64,000 bases of DNA from a bacterium (lineage in GTDB: Bacteria; Patescibacteriota; Minisyncoccia; UBA6257; JAUSGH01). A program made the translations under genes and the position numbers. A model generated the notes under the pieces. That model saw only the letters and a list, made by a program, of their open reading frames with translations, was not told the origin of the DNA and searched no databases. The DNA is taken from the NCBI GenBank assembly GCA_030649055.1, contig JAUSGH010000001.1:10907-74906 (forward strand), written 5' to 3'. Below are positions 1 through 8,078 of this stretch, piece by piece. Position 1 is the stretch's first letter. Each line of letters starts with the position of its first letter.

Positions 1-113
1 GCTTGATGCGGGGAACTCAGCCCTTCCAGACGTTCCCACGCTTGGGTGCTCAATCCCGGGCGACTTGATCCCAAGCAGAACGGTTGCCGAGTCGAAAGAC
101 AAGGTAACCGTTT

Positions 114-2597
114 CTATTTCCCATGACACTTCTTATATTTAATAGGATGTTCGCTCGCATCCTTCGCTCCGCACGGGCACGGGTCATTTCTCCCGATTTT
201 CTGACCAGGGTTGAGCGTATAGGGTTTAGCGTTTGGGATAACTGCAGGGCTCTGAATCTTTTTTTCTACTATACCCTCAACGCTAGACGCTAAACGCTCT
301 CTATTCGCACTCACCCACTCCTCAAACGTGGCGAGCAGCTGTTTGAACATAATGTGCCCCTCCCGTTTGTATTCAACAAGTGGGTCGTGCTGACCGTAGG
401 CACGGAGACGCACGGCGTCGCCCAATGCTTCCATGTCGGAGAGATGGTTCATCCAAATCATGTCCAGCATTGCCAACACGGTTGGCAATGCGGAATCAGG
501 AATTTTGAATAATGAATCAGGAGCCGCGGGCGTTTCGCTGTCGTGATTTATAATTCCTAATTCATGCTTCTCCAGCATCTCCTGCCTCTTCCTATATATA
601 GTAAGCCGCTGGCGGTTTAGGACGTCGTCGTACTCCAGCAAGTGTTTGCGGGAATCAAAGTGAAATCCTTCAACGCGGGATTGCGCCTCGCCGATGGCTC
701 GGGAGATAAGCCCTGCGCTGATGGGCATATCATCGGGAACGCTGAGGCGTTCCATAAGGCGCTTCAAGCGGTCGCCGGCAAAAATGCGCATCAGGTCATC
801 TTCCAGTGAAAGGAAAAATTGTGAGGAGCCCGGGTCCCCTTGCCGGCCGGCGCGTCCACGGAGCTGGTTATCAATGCGGCGCGCTTCGTGCCGTTCGGTG
901 CCGATGACGTGCAACCCCCCCGCGTCGCGCGCTTTCTGCGCTTCTAAAATCTCCGGCGGGTTTCCGCCCAGAATAATGTCCACACCACGGCCGGCCATGT
1001 TTGTTGCAACCGTAACTGCTCCGAGCCGTCCCGCTTGCGCGATGATGGCGCCCTCACGCTCGTTATTTTTGGCGTTCAGCATTTCGTGGCTAATGCCGGC
1101 GCGCTTCAGGCGGCGTGAGAGCTCCTCGTTCTTTTCAATGGAGACTGTGCCGATCAATACCGGCTGGCCTTTTTCGTGGCGCGCTTTGATGTCGGCGATA
1201 ATCGCATCGTGTTTCGCTTCAACGGTTTTGTAAATAAGGTCCGCCTCGTCATTGCGTATCATTTCGCGATTGGTCGGAATGGTGACCACTTCCAGTTTAT
1301 ACACCTTATCAAATTCTTCGGCGGATGTTTGTGCGGTACCGGTCATGCCGCCGAGTTTGTTGTACAAACGGAAATAGTTTTGAATGGAAATCTGCGCATA
1401 GGTGCGTGATTCCTGGTTCACGCGTACGCCTTCCTTCGCCTCTATTGCCTGGTGCAATCCGCCGGAAAAACGCCGTCCTTGCATGAGCCGTCCGGTGAAC
1501 TGGTCAACGATGATAATTTCTCCGTCTTTTGAAACATAGTCACGGTCGCGAAGGTAAAGGCCGTACGCTTTTAAGCTTTCTTGCAAGTAGTGCGTGAGGC
1601 GGAGGTTTTCGGGCGCGTAGATATTTTTGATATTCATCACCTGCTCCACCTTGTCGATGCCGGCATCGGTGATGTCGGCGGAGTGCATTTTCTCGTCAAC
1701 AAGGTAGTCCACGCCTTTTTCGAGGCGTGCGACAACGCGCGCGAATGTTTTGTAAAGCTCGCTTGATTCGCTGTCGGGCGCGGAAATAATAAGCGGAGTG
1801 CGCGCCTCGTCAATTAAAATGCTGTCCACTTCGTCGATAATGGCGTAGTGCCAGCCGCGCTGCACCTGCCGCAAAAGGTTGTTTTCCAGATTATCGCGGA
1901 GATAGTCAAAACCGAATTCGTGGTTGGTGCCGTAGGTAATGTCGGCGGCATATGCTTCACGCCGTGAAATCGGCCGGAGATATGCCTCTTGCACCAAGTA
2001 CGCGCCGGTTACGTCGCGTTCTTTATCTAACAAGGCCGACTCCGCGTGTTCGTGTTTCTGATCATTTGAATTTGTTTCGGATTTCGGATTTCGGATTTCG
2101 GATTTTGCGTGCAAATATGTGGGGTCGTATATCACGGCGCCTTCGTGAATAAGACACGCGACACTCATTCCGAGCGCACGATAAATCTGTCCCATCCAAA
2201 CGGCGTCGCGTTTTGCGAGGTATTCGTTGACGGTAACGACATGCACGCCCTCCCCTTTTAGCGCGTGCAGATACGCGGGTGCGGTTGCGGCCAAAGTTTT
2301 TCCTTCACCGGTGCGCATCTCAACAATTTTTCCCTGGGCAAGCGCGATGCCGCCCATGAGCTGCGCGTCATAATGGCGCTGTTTCAATGCGCGCTTTGCG
2401 GTTTCGCGCACAAGCGCGAACGCGCGGGGTAGAAGTGCCTCTATGGGTTCTCCTTTCCGGGCGCGTTCTCGAAGTTTTTTGCTTTCATTCAACAGAAACT
2501 CATCACCGAGCGGAGCGATCTCCGCTTCCAGCGCGTTGATTTCCGCAACGGTTTTTTTGAGTTTTTTTATTGGGCTAAACAAACCAAAAAAGTTCAT
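114..2597 (-). CDS. secA: Preprotein translocase ATPase SecA
   Basis: 827 aa translation has the SecA DEAD-motor motifs (MGGIALAQGKIVEMRTGEGKT, TVNEYLAKRD) and a C-terminal CPCG zinc-binding tail. Confidence 0.95.
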   Translation of the reverse strand: MNFFGLFSPIKKLKKTVAEINALEAEIAPLGDEFLLNESKKLRERARKGEPIEALLPRAFALVRETAKRALKQRHYDAQLMGGIALAQGKIVEMRTGEGKTLAATAPAYLHALKGEGVHVVTVNEYLAKRDAVWMGQIYRALGMSVACLIHEGAVIYDPTYLHAKSEIRNPKSETNSNDQKHEHAESALLDKERDVTGAYLVQEAYLRPISRREAYAADITYGTNHEFGFDYLRDNLENNLLRQVQRGWHYAIIDEVDSILIDEARTPLIISAPDSESSELYKTFARVVARLEKGVDYLVDEKMHSADITDAGIDKVEQVMNIKNIYAPENLRLTHYLQESLKAYGLYLRDRDYVSKDGEIIIVDQFTGRLMQGRRFSGGLHQAIEAKEGVRVNQESRTYAQISIQNYFRLYNKLGGMTGTAQTSAEEFDKVYKLEVVTIPTNREMIRNDEADLIYKTVEAKHDAIIADIKARHEKGQPVLIGTVSIEKNEELSRRLKRAGISHEMLNAKNNEREGAIIAQAGRLGAVTVATNMAGRGVDIILGGNPPEILEAQKARDAGGLHVIGTERHEARRIDNQLRGRAGRQGDPGSSQFFLSLEDDLMRIFAGDRLKRLMERLSVPDDMPISAGLISRAIGEAQSRVEGFHFDSRKHLLEYDDVLNRQRLTIYRKRQEMLEKHELGIINHDSETPAAPDSLFKIPDSALPTVLAMLDMIWMNHLSDMEALGDAVRLRAYGQHDPLVEYKREGHIMFKQLLATFEEWVSANRERLASSVEGIVEKKIQSPAVIPNAKPYTLNPGQKIGRNDPCPCGAKDASEHPIKYKKCHGK

Positions 2598-2695
2598 AGC
2601 ACGAGCTTAACACTAAAAAGGCGATTTTGCTATTGACGGTGAGGTTTTGTTGGTATAATATGTTCCTTAGTATTGGCTATGTTCGGGAGGACATC

Positions 2696-3274
2696 ATGGC
2701 AGAGGAAACACCTATGACGCCGGAAGGCGCGGTGACACAACCGGAGGAGATGGCCATGACGCGGCCGAAGCTGGACGAGCCGCCGCGGCTCGTGAAGGTC
2801 AACGGTGAAGACCGCTCGCGCCCGGGGTGTGGACTCTACGGAGAGTGGGGCGAATACGGCCTGAAGCATGCCATTGTCTATTTTCTGGACAACTTGCTCG
2901 CCGGCAACTTCGACGAGCTCCCCGCTCCGCACATCGTCTTCGGCCCTATCACGTTGAAGCTGCGTCGGCACGTGGGATGTGATGGCGAGTACATCGCCTA
3001 CGGTGAGCCGATGAACGACGAACGGCCGGATTGGTTCGTGGGTAGGACGCGGAAGCTGAGATTTGAGGTTGAGCTTCTGTCTTCTTCTGGCGTCGACGTG
3101 CTGGAATACAACCTCCGGAAGTTCGCGCTGAATAAGAGCTGGCGGGTGCTCGCGGTGTTCTTCGGTCCTGCCCGCACGCTGCGGATCTGGAAGAAGGAAG
3201 ACGGAGGGTATGGTCTGGAGACCTACGGCCTTCCGAAGACCGAGGAAGAATGGAACTGGCATCCGCACAGTTAG
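2696..3274 (+). CDS. Hypothetical protein (GC-rich orphan)
   Basis: ATG at 2696 sits 4 nt after a GGAGG RBS. The opposite-strand ORF 2630..3295 is Arg-rich and looks like a shadow ORF. A convergent terminator hairpin follows. Confidence 0.55.
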   Translation: MAEETPMTPEGAVTQPEEMAMTRPKLDEPPRLVKVNGEDRSRPGCGLYGEWGEYGLKHAIVYFLDNLLAGNFDELPAPHIVFGPITLKLRRHVGCDGEYIAYGEPMNDERPDWFVGRTRKLRFEVELLSSSGVDVLEYNLRKFALNKSWRVLAVFFGPARTLRIWKKEDGGYGLETYGLPKTEEEWNWHPHS

Positions 3275-3305
3275 CGCCCCTGTCAGACGGGGCAAGAAAC
3301 TGAAA

Positions 3306-3336
3306 CGGGAGTGGTCGCCTCAGGCGACCACTCCCG
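3306..3336. terminator. Bidirectional intrinsic terminator hairpin
   Basis: Perfect 14-bp inverted repeat cgggagtggtcgcc-tca-ggcgaccactcccg between convergent genes. Confidence 0.7.
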
Positions 3337-3366
3337 TTACTCATTTTCGCGTAATCCCCTACGGGA

Positions 3367-3675
3367 TTATTTCTGTTTAGAAAGTATATTTTTCAACTTA
3401 TCCTTTACTTCGGTGACCGCGACACGGATGTCCCAATCTTCATGCTCGGCGCGCGCGATGTTTTTACTCGTCGCGTCCAGATTCACCTCCGCGCGATACA
3501 CCGGGCCCTTCGTGTGATGTTTTGTGGTGCGCGCGATTTCAACAATCGCAATCACGCTCGTGCCGTTGCGCTCGTGCCGTTGCACGAACTTATCAAGCGA
3601 CCCGATTTTTTCGTTGATGTACTCGATCATCGCGGGCGTGAGGTCAAGGTTGGTTGCTTTGATGTTTATTTTCAT
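3367..3675 (-). CDS. hpf: Ribosome hibernation promoting factor (RaiA/YfiA family)
   Basis: MKINIKATNLDLTPAMIEYINEKIGSLDKF...VEIARTTKHHTKGPVYRAEVNLD is typical of HPF. I placed the start at the internal ATG giving about 103 aa. Confidence 0.85.
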   Translation of the reverse strand: MKINIKATNLDLTPAMIEYINEKIGSLDKFVQRHERNGTSVIAIVEIARTTKHHTKGPVYRAEVNLDATSKNIARAEHEDWDIRVAVTEVKDKLKNILSKQK

Positions 3676-3736
3676 GGAGTGGTGGGTGCTTTTATTCGCG
3701 TTATTTTTATCGTCCAATTCGCGATATTCGCGAACA

Positions 3737-4717
3737 CTATACGTAAATGACTTCTTCCTCAAGAACTATACCAAATTTTTTCTTTACTTGCGACTTTACA
3801 AGTTTAATCAGCGACTTCACATCGCTTGCCGAAGCGTCCAGCACGTTCACGATAAAGTTCGGATGTTTGGGTGAAATCATCGCGCCGCCATAGCTTACGC
3901 CTTTGACGCCGCTGGCTGCAATGAGATACGCGGCAGGTACTACAGGAAACGGATCATTCTTTACTGGAATCGCCGACCCACGCAGACTAAACGCTGACTT
4001 ACGCAGAGCTTCCGCGTAGTTCCGCGTGCGTTCCGCGTAAATCTGCGTCACTGGGACATTTTTGAATATACTGCCGATGTTCGGATAATCCATCGGATGC
4101 CGCTCTTCGCGGTAGCGGATTTTTTCGGCAACTGTCCTTGCGATGACAGCCGGGTCCCCCGTCTTCATTTGCAGCGTTGCTTCCAAAATTATTTCTTCGC
4201 CGTCGTTAATTTTGAAGATGCTGTTGCGGTAGCCAAAGGCACATTCATTTGCCATGCGGTTCATGAGGCGCGGTTCTTTTTTTGCAATGTTCAAACTCGC
4301 GACTTCAAACACCGCATCTTTTGTTTCCCCGCCAAATGCGCCGGCGTTTCCTCGGATGGCGCCGCCAACGGTGCCGGGAAGCCCGCCCGCCCACTCCAAC
4401 CCGGCGAGTCCGTGGATGGCAGCGAAGTCTACAAGTTCGCGCATGAGGACACCCGCGCCGACACGGATTTTTGTTTCATCGGCGGAGATGTGCCCAACGG
4501 CGGGCTTGATGACCAAGCCATCGAATCCTCCGTCATTGATGAGCAGGTTTGTTCCCCCACCGAGGATAAAAATGTCGCGTTTTTTTCTCTTGATTTTTCT
4601 CCATTCTTTGAGCGCGGCAATAATTTCATCGGCCGATGCCGGTTCACAAAAGTACCGCGCGATGCCGCCGATTTTGTAATTACTATAGAGGCTTAATTTT
4701 ACGTCGTGACGGAACAT
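3737..4717 (-). CDS. murB: UDP-N-acetylenolpyruvoylglucosamine reductase MurB
   Basis: FAD-binding GGGTNLL motif, GLAGLEWAGGLPGTVGGAIRGNAGAFGGE and SYGGAMISPKHPNFIVN motifs. Confidence 0.9.
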   Translation of the reverse strand: MFRHDVKLSLYSNYKIGGIARYFCEPASADEIIAALKEWRKIKRKKRDIFILGGGTNLLINDGGFDGLVIKPAVGHISADETKIRVGAGVLMRELVDFAAIHGLAGLEWAGGLPGTVGGAIRGNAGAFGGETKDAVFEVASLNIAKKEPRLMNRMANECAFGYRNSIFKINDGEEIILEATLQMKTGDPAVIARTVAEKIRYREERHPMDYPNIGSIFKNVPVTQIYAERTRNYAEALRKSAFSLRGSAIPVKNDPFPVVPAAYLIAASGVKGVSYGGAMISPKHPNFIVNVLDASASDVKSLIKLVKSQVKKKFGIVLEEEVIYV

Positions 4718-4931
4718 GATTGAAATAAAAAAGAAAAAGAAGCACTGGCTTCCTTCGTGCGACAGTTACAATGTACGCGCGTTGATTCTATGCCCTGAGC
4801 GACTGCCAGTGGTGACCTCCAATTCTATTTGTGTTGAACGAGTGCGCAGCCGGCAATCGCTCGGGAGACGGAATCAAGAACGCAATGCGTTCATTTATAT
4901 TATAATGCACGAACACCGTGCGAAGCAAACT

Positions 4932-4958
4932 AAAAACCTGTCTTGCGACAGGTTTTTA
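4932..4958. terminator. Bidirectional terminator hairpin
   Basis: aaaaacctgtc-ttgc-gacaggttttt, with an A-run before and a T-run after. Confidence 0.7.
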
Positions 4959-5058
4959 GCCAAATAGATTGGTGCGATTCCCGAGTTGATATCATCGCCT
5001 GGGAACACGACACTCATTCAAAAGTACTATAGCAGAGGAAGGGGTGCATTGTCAATAG

Positions 5059-5448
5059 CTAGAAAATATTCTCGTAATAATTTATTAGAAAATTATTTCC
5101 CAACTCTGTCAAGTACTCCGGAAAAAGCTGAACAGCGGCGACGTCCGCCCTCCATCCCCTCTCCCCTACTTGCTCCGGGTACTTTAATGCGTAGAATTCC
5201 GCGATCTTTTTGAACTTCTTTACCTTCGCCGAGGTCATATTGTCCTCCGGCTTTAACGCGGCTCCCCCGCCAGTAAGCAAGGTCTTTACCTCTATAAATA
5301 GAAGCAACCCATCTTTCGCCTTTGCAACGATGTCGATTTCACCGAATTTTTGCCGGTAGTTTCTTGCGATGATTTTGCAGCCACTTTTTACGAGGTGCTC
5401 TACGGCAAGCTCCTCGCCGAGATCACCGATGGTTTTGGTTGATGTCAT
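5059..5448 (-). CDS. yraN: YraN/UPF0102 family endonuclease
   Basis: GDLGEELAVEHLVKSGCKIIARNYRQKFGEIDIVA...LLFIEVKT matches UPF0102. Start trimmed to the internal ATG (MTSTKTIG). Confidence 0.75.
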   Translation of the reverse strand: MTSTKTIGDLGEELAVEHLVKSGCKIIARNYRQKFGEIDIVAKAKDGLLLFIEVKTLLTGGGAALKPEDNMTSAKVKKFKKIAEFYALKYPEQVGERGWRADVAAVQLFPEYLTELGNNFLINYYENIF

Positions 5449-5504
5449 ATGCGTTACAGTGTTTGACGGCAAACACTCGTACAATCCTTCGACAAGCTCA
5501 GGAT

Positions 5505-6015
5505 AAATAAAACAATAAAGCAATGAATCAAAAAAGCAACACAATGTTTACCGTCAAACAATGTTTACCGTCAAACATTGTTTCAGGCGAGGATGTTTGC
5601 CGGCAAACATTTGAAATGTATCAAAAGCCACTAAAAATACGGCAAGAGTACTGTTAATACGGCAAAACATGCTACTTTGCCGTATTTGTTTTATATTTTC
5701 GGTGAAATTGTTTCACGTCAAACACGCAGACAAGAAAACAATAAAGCAATAAATCAAAGAAGCGACAGATGTTTGCCGTCAAACAATTGTTTGACGGTAA
5801 ACAATTGTCTTGGGTGGAGGACATCGAAAAAACGTGATAAAGTGTTTGCCGTCAAACAATTGTTTTGGTAAAAATGACAAAAGTGTAGGTTTAATCAACC
5901 GATTGGATTATGGAGAAATTGCCTAGAAAGTAGGCTATAAAATGTTTAACAGATTGTTTAACGCCATGTAAATAAGTCAATCGGATAGGTTTAATCAACC
6001 GATTGGATTAAAAAA
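5505..6015. repeat. Cluster of iteron-like or operator-like direct and palindromic repeats in a 650-bp non-coding gap
   Basis: tgtttaccgtcaaaca is repeated in tandem three times at 5548-5598. Two roughly 70-bp imperfect direct repeats lie at 5507-5578 and 5737-5808. A perfect 22-bp palindrome ccgtcaaacaattgtttgacgg lies at 5777-5798. aggtttaatcaaccgattggatta occurs at both 5887 and 5988. Confidence 0.6.
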
Positions 6016-6112
6016 CACCCGTGAAACAAATTATACTGTAAAACAATATTGTGCGACAGATATGTAAAGTGTAACGGCCAGCTCGAGGTTGTCGGGCTGG
6101 CCGTCGTGTAGA

Positions 6113-6661
6113 TCACTTCTTGCTGTTCGCGATGCGGTGCTGCTCGAGCCGTTCGGCGGCAGCAAGGATGGAAAGCCAATACTGCATGAGTTCCGCGGTA
6201 TCGTCGCTGCCGCCGGGCCGGCAGTCCAGGATGCGCTTTAACGCGGCGATGAGCTCTCGGCGTGTTTCGCCGTCAAACTCTTCGACGGCGATCGTTTTGA
6301 CGCGTAGCGCTCCGGCAATCATATCTGCGACAACGCTCGCATCCTTTTCGTCTACACCGCCATAGGCACAGATGGATGATTCCAGCATCGTGCCGATGCG
6401 CAGATTGTGGACACACGCAATCGCGTCAAGGTCTCCCTGCAGCTGCGCGCCTTTGAGGAGGACATCCGGCGGCGACATGATATTTCCGACGTACGCATGA
6501 AGTTCCTCGTGTGTCATGTGCTGGAGCGAATTCTGCCGTTTGTACAGCCACCAGTGAGCGCGTTGGCACCAGTAGTAGATACCGCTCATCGCGAGCACGA
6601 GCAGTGCGAGCCCGACGACCGTCTGTCCGAACGGTGTGAGGAGCCGATACAAGGTATCCAT
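6113..6661 (-). CDS. Hypothetical membrane-anchored protein (N-terminal TM helix)
   Basis: 182 aa ORF with a hydrophobic N-terminal helix (VVGLALLVLAMSGIYYW). Last gene of a GC-rich three-gene minus-strand cassette. Confidence 0.5.
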   Translation of the reverse strand: MDTLYRLLTPFGQTVVGLALLVLAMSGIYYWCQRAHWWLYKRQNSLQHMTHEELHAYVGNIMSPPDVLLKGAQLQGDLDAIACVHNLRIGTMLESSICAYGGVDEKDASVVADMIAGALRVKTIAVEEFDGETRRELIAALKRILDCRPGGSDDTAELMQYWLSILAAAERLEQHRIANSKK

Positions 6662-6714
6662 GTGACCTCCGTAATGGAATGGCGGTGAATAACTGATTAC
6701 AGTATAACGCTATT

Positions 6715-6760
6715 ATTTAAAAAAAGAAAATCGCCGGCTCCCGGGAAGGGGAGTCGGCGA
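6715..6760 (-). terminator. Intrinsic terminator for the minus-strand cassette gene
   Basis: Hairpin cgccggctccc / ggggagtcggcg followed on the minus strand by a T-run (plus-strand ttaaaaaaagaaaat). Confidence 0.55.
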
Positions 6761-6779
6761 TCGGTGCGTTCGTGGGGTG

Positions 6780-7064
6780 CTAGCGTCCGCTGGGCGACCA
6801 CTTCGTCAGCGGCTCCAGCTTGTAGATGACGATGGCGCCATCCGCGGGATGGAAGCAGGGGAGGAACCCTTTCTCCACAAGCCACGCGGCGCGCTCCTGG
6901 AACTTGCACTGGGCAAGGAGCGCCCTGCTGCACTGACCGGGAGGGAGGTTGAACCGCTCGTGCTCCACGAGCGTCAGCCCGTCCTTCAGACGCTCCCGTA
7001 CTCCGCGCCAGGTGAAGATGCTCTGGCCGATCTTGGTCGGGTTAGGAACGGCGTTTCTGGGCAT
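6780..7064 (-). CDS. Hypothetical protein (94 aa)
   Basis: ATG at 7064 is preceded by a GGAGA RBS. Trimmed from the longer ORF 6780..7325. GC-rich. Confidence 0.45.
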   Translation of the reverse strand: MPRNAVPNPTKIGQSIFTWRGVRERLKDGLTLVEHERFNLPPGQCSRALLAQCKFQERAAWLVEKGFLPCFHPADGAIVIYKLEPLTKWSPSGR

Positions 7065-7129
7065 CCCATTTCTCCTTCTGACAAACCGAATGGCGGAGGA
7101 CTCCGGACAGTTCTGTTTACTCCTTTCTG

Positions 7130-7531
7130 TTAGGCGACCGCAGTAACATCCGGCGCCACGAGGTTCACGATGCTCTCGGCATCCTTGAGGAAGCCGTAGA
7201 CATTCTCCAGTGCGAATGGGATGTCGAAGCGCACTTCGTTGAAGCTCCAGTCGGCGCTGAGGTTTTCGTTCAGGTCGTGGAAGACCCTCAGGAGCAGCTG
7301 CCATGCCTCCCGAGTTGCGTCCCACGCCAGCTTCTCACTGAGCGTAGTGGGATTTACCCCAACGACGTCAAGGTAGAGTACGCACCGGTGTGCATCACCG
7401 CGGTGACGTTCCACGGTGAACGTGCGCCGCAGGATGCCCTTCGTTGCGTGGTGCTGCGGCCCATTGTCGGTCACCACATCCCTGTTGAGCTGTACGCAAA
7501 TCGCGACAGCTCCGGTAATCCGTTGCATCAT
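7130..7531 (-). CDS. Hypothetical protein (133 aa)
   Basis: ATG preceded by an AGGGGA RBS. First gene of the GC-rich cassette, divergent from the dksA-like gene. Confidence 0.45.
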   Translation of the reverse strand: MMQRITGAVAICVQLNRDVVTDNGPQHHATKGILRRTFTVERHRGDAHRCVLYLDVVGVNPTTLSEKLAWDATREAWQLLLRVFHDLNENLSADWSFNEVRFDIPFALENVYGFLKDAESIVNLVAPDVTAVA

Positions 7532-7632
7532 CGCGATTCCCCTGAAATGAGAACCTGCTGTTTATAGTCAGCTTACACAAGCCAACCGATTACTAGGAAG
7601 TAGTATAGCAATTCATTAGCATTTTGTCAATA

Positions 7633-7661
7633 TTGACTTCGCTTGGCGTGGACAATAATAT
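7633..7661 (+). promoter_or_regulatory. Sigma70-like promoter for the dksA-like gene (leaderless-type spacing)
   Basis: TTGACT at 7633-7638, 17-nt spacer, TAATAT at 7656-7661. The ATG at 7671 is about 10 nt downstream and has no RBS. Confidence 0.5.
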
Positions 7662-7670
7662 AAACGATAT

Positions 7671-8015
7671 ATGGCATTCACTAAAGAACAATTTGCAATT
7701 TTACGGTTGAAGTTGGAGGAGACGCTTGCCGATATTAAAGACGAGCTGAAAGGCGTTGATGGGAAAGTGACGGATATGGGCAGTGACAACGATCATCTTG
7801 AAGAAGAAGAGGATGAGGCCGAGGAGTTTTCCGTAAACGTTGCGATTGCGGGTGGATTAAAGGATCGTCGCGAGAATGTTGAAGTCGCGCTCCAGAAAAT
7901 GGCTGAAGGGAAATATGGGAAATGCGAGAAGTGTGGCATGGACATCGGCATGGACGTGCTCATGGCCGACCCTGAATCGCGACTTTGCAAGCATTGTAAG
8001 GAGGGCGCGAAATAG
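7671..8015 (+). CDS. DksA/TraR family C4-type zinc-finger protein
   Basis: C-terminal CEKCGMDI...CKHC zinc finger, acidic coiled-coil N-terminal region, 114 aa. Confidence 0.75.
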   Translation: MAFTKEQFAILRLKLEETLADIKDELKGVDGKVTDMGSDNDHLEEEEDEAEEFSVNVAIAGGLKDRRENVEVALQKMAEGKYGKCEKCGMDIGMDVLMADPESRLCKHCKEGAK

Positions 8016-8046
8016 CTTTAAAAATTATAGGAGAAAACGAAAGGTG

Positions 8047-8076
8047 CAAAACGCCTTTCGTTTTTTCTATACAAGA
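8047..8076 (+). terminator. Intrinsic terminator
   Basis: cgaaaggtg-caaaa-cgcctttcg followed by TTTTTT. Confidence 0.7.
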
Positions 8077-8078
8077 AG

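Noticed and set aside
2630-3295. 221-aa ORF on the minus strand overlapping the 2696-3274 gene
   Set aside because: Arg-rich composition, no RBS and antisense to an ORF with a GGAGG-spaced ATG. Typical GC-rich shadow ORF. The same reasoning applies to 8421..9392(-) inside comM, 12752..13813(+) inside pnp, 34667..35896(-) inside the Kelch-like gene, 37612..38412(-), 31544..32092(-), 16252..16722(+) and 39671..40455(+).
4741-4820. Possible SRP RNA on the minus strand (reverse complement contains GAAGGAAGC and GCUCAGGG segments)
   Set aside because: The two conserved halves are separated by about 40 nt instead of a GNRA tetraloop-closed helix, so there is no domain IV architecture. Treated as coincidental.
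5505-6015. CRISPR array
   Set aside because: The repeats are heterogeneous in length and spacing with no regular repeat-spacer periodicity, and there are no cas genes in the window.
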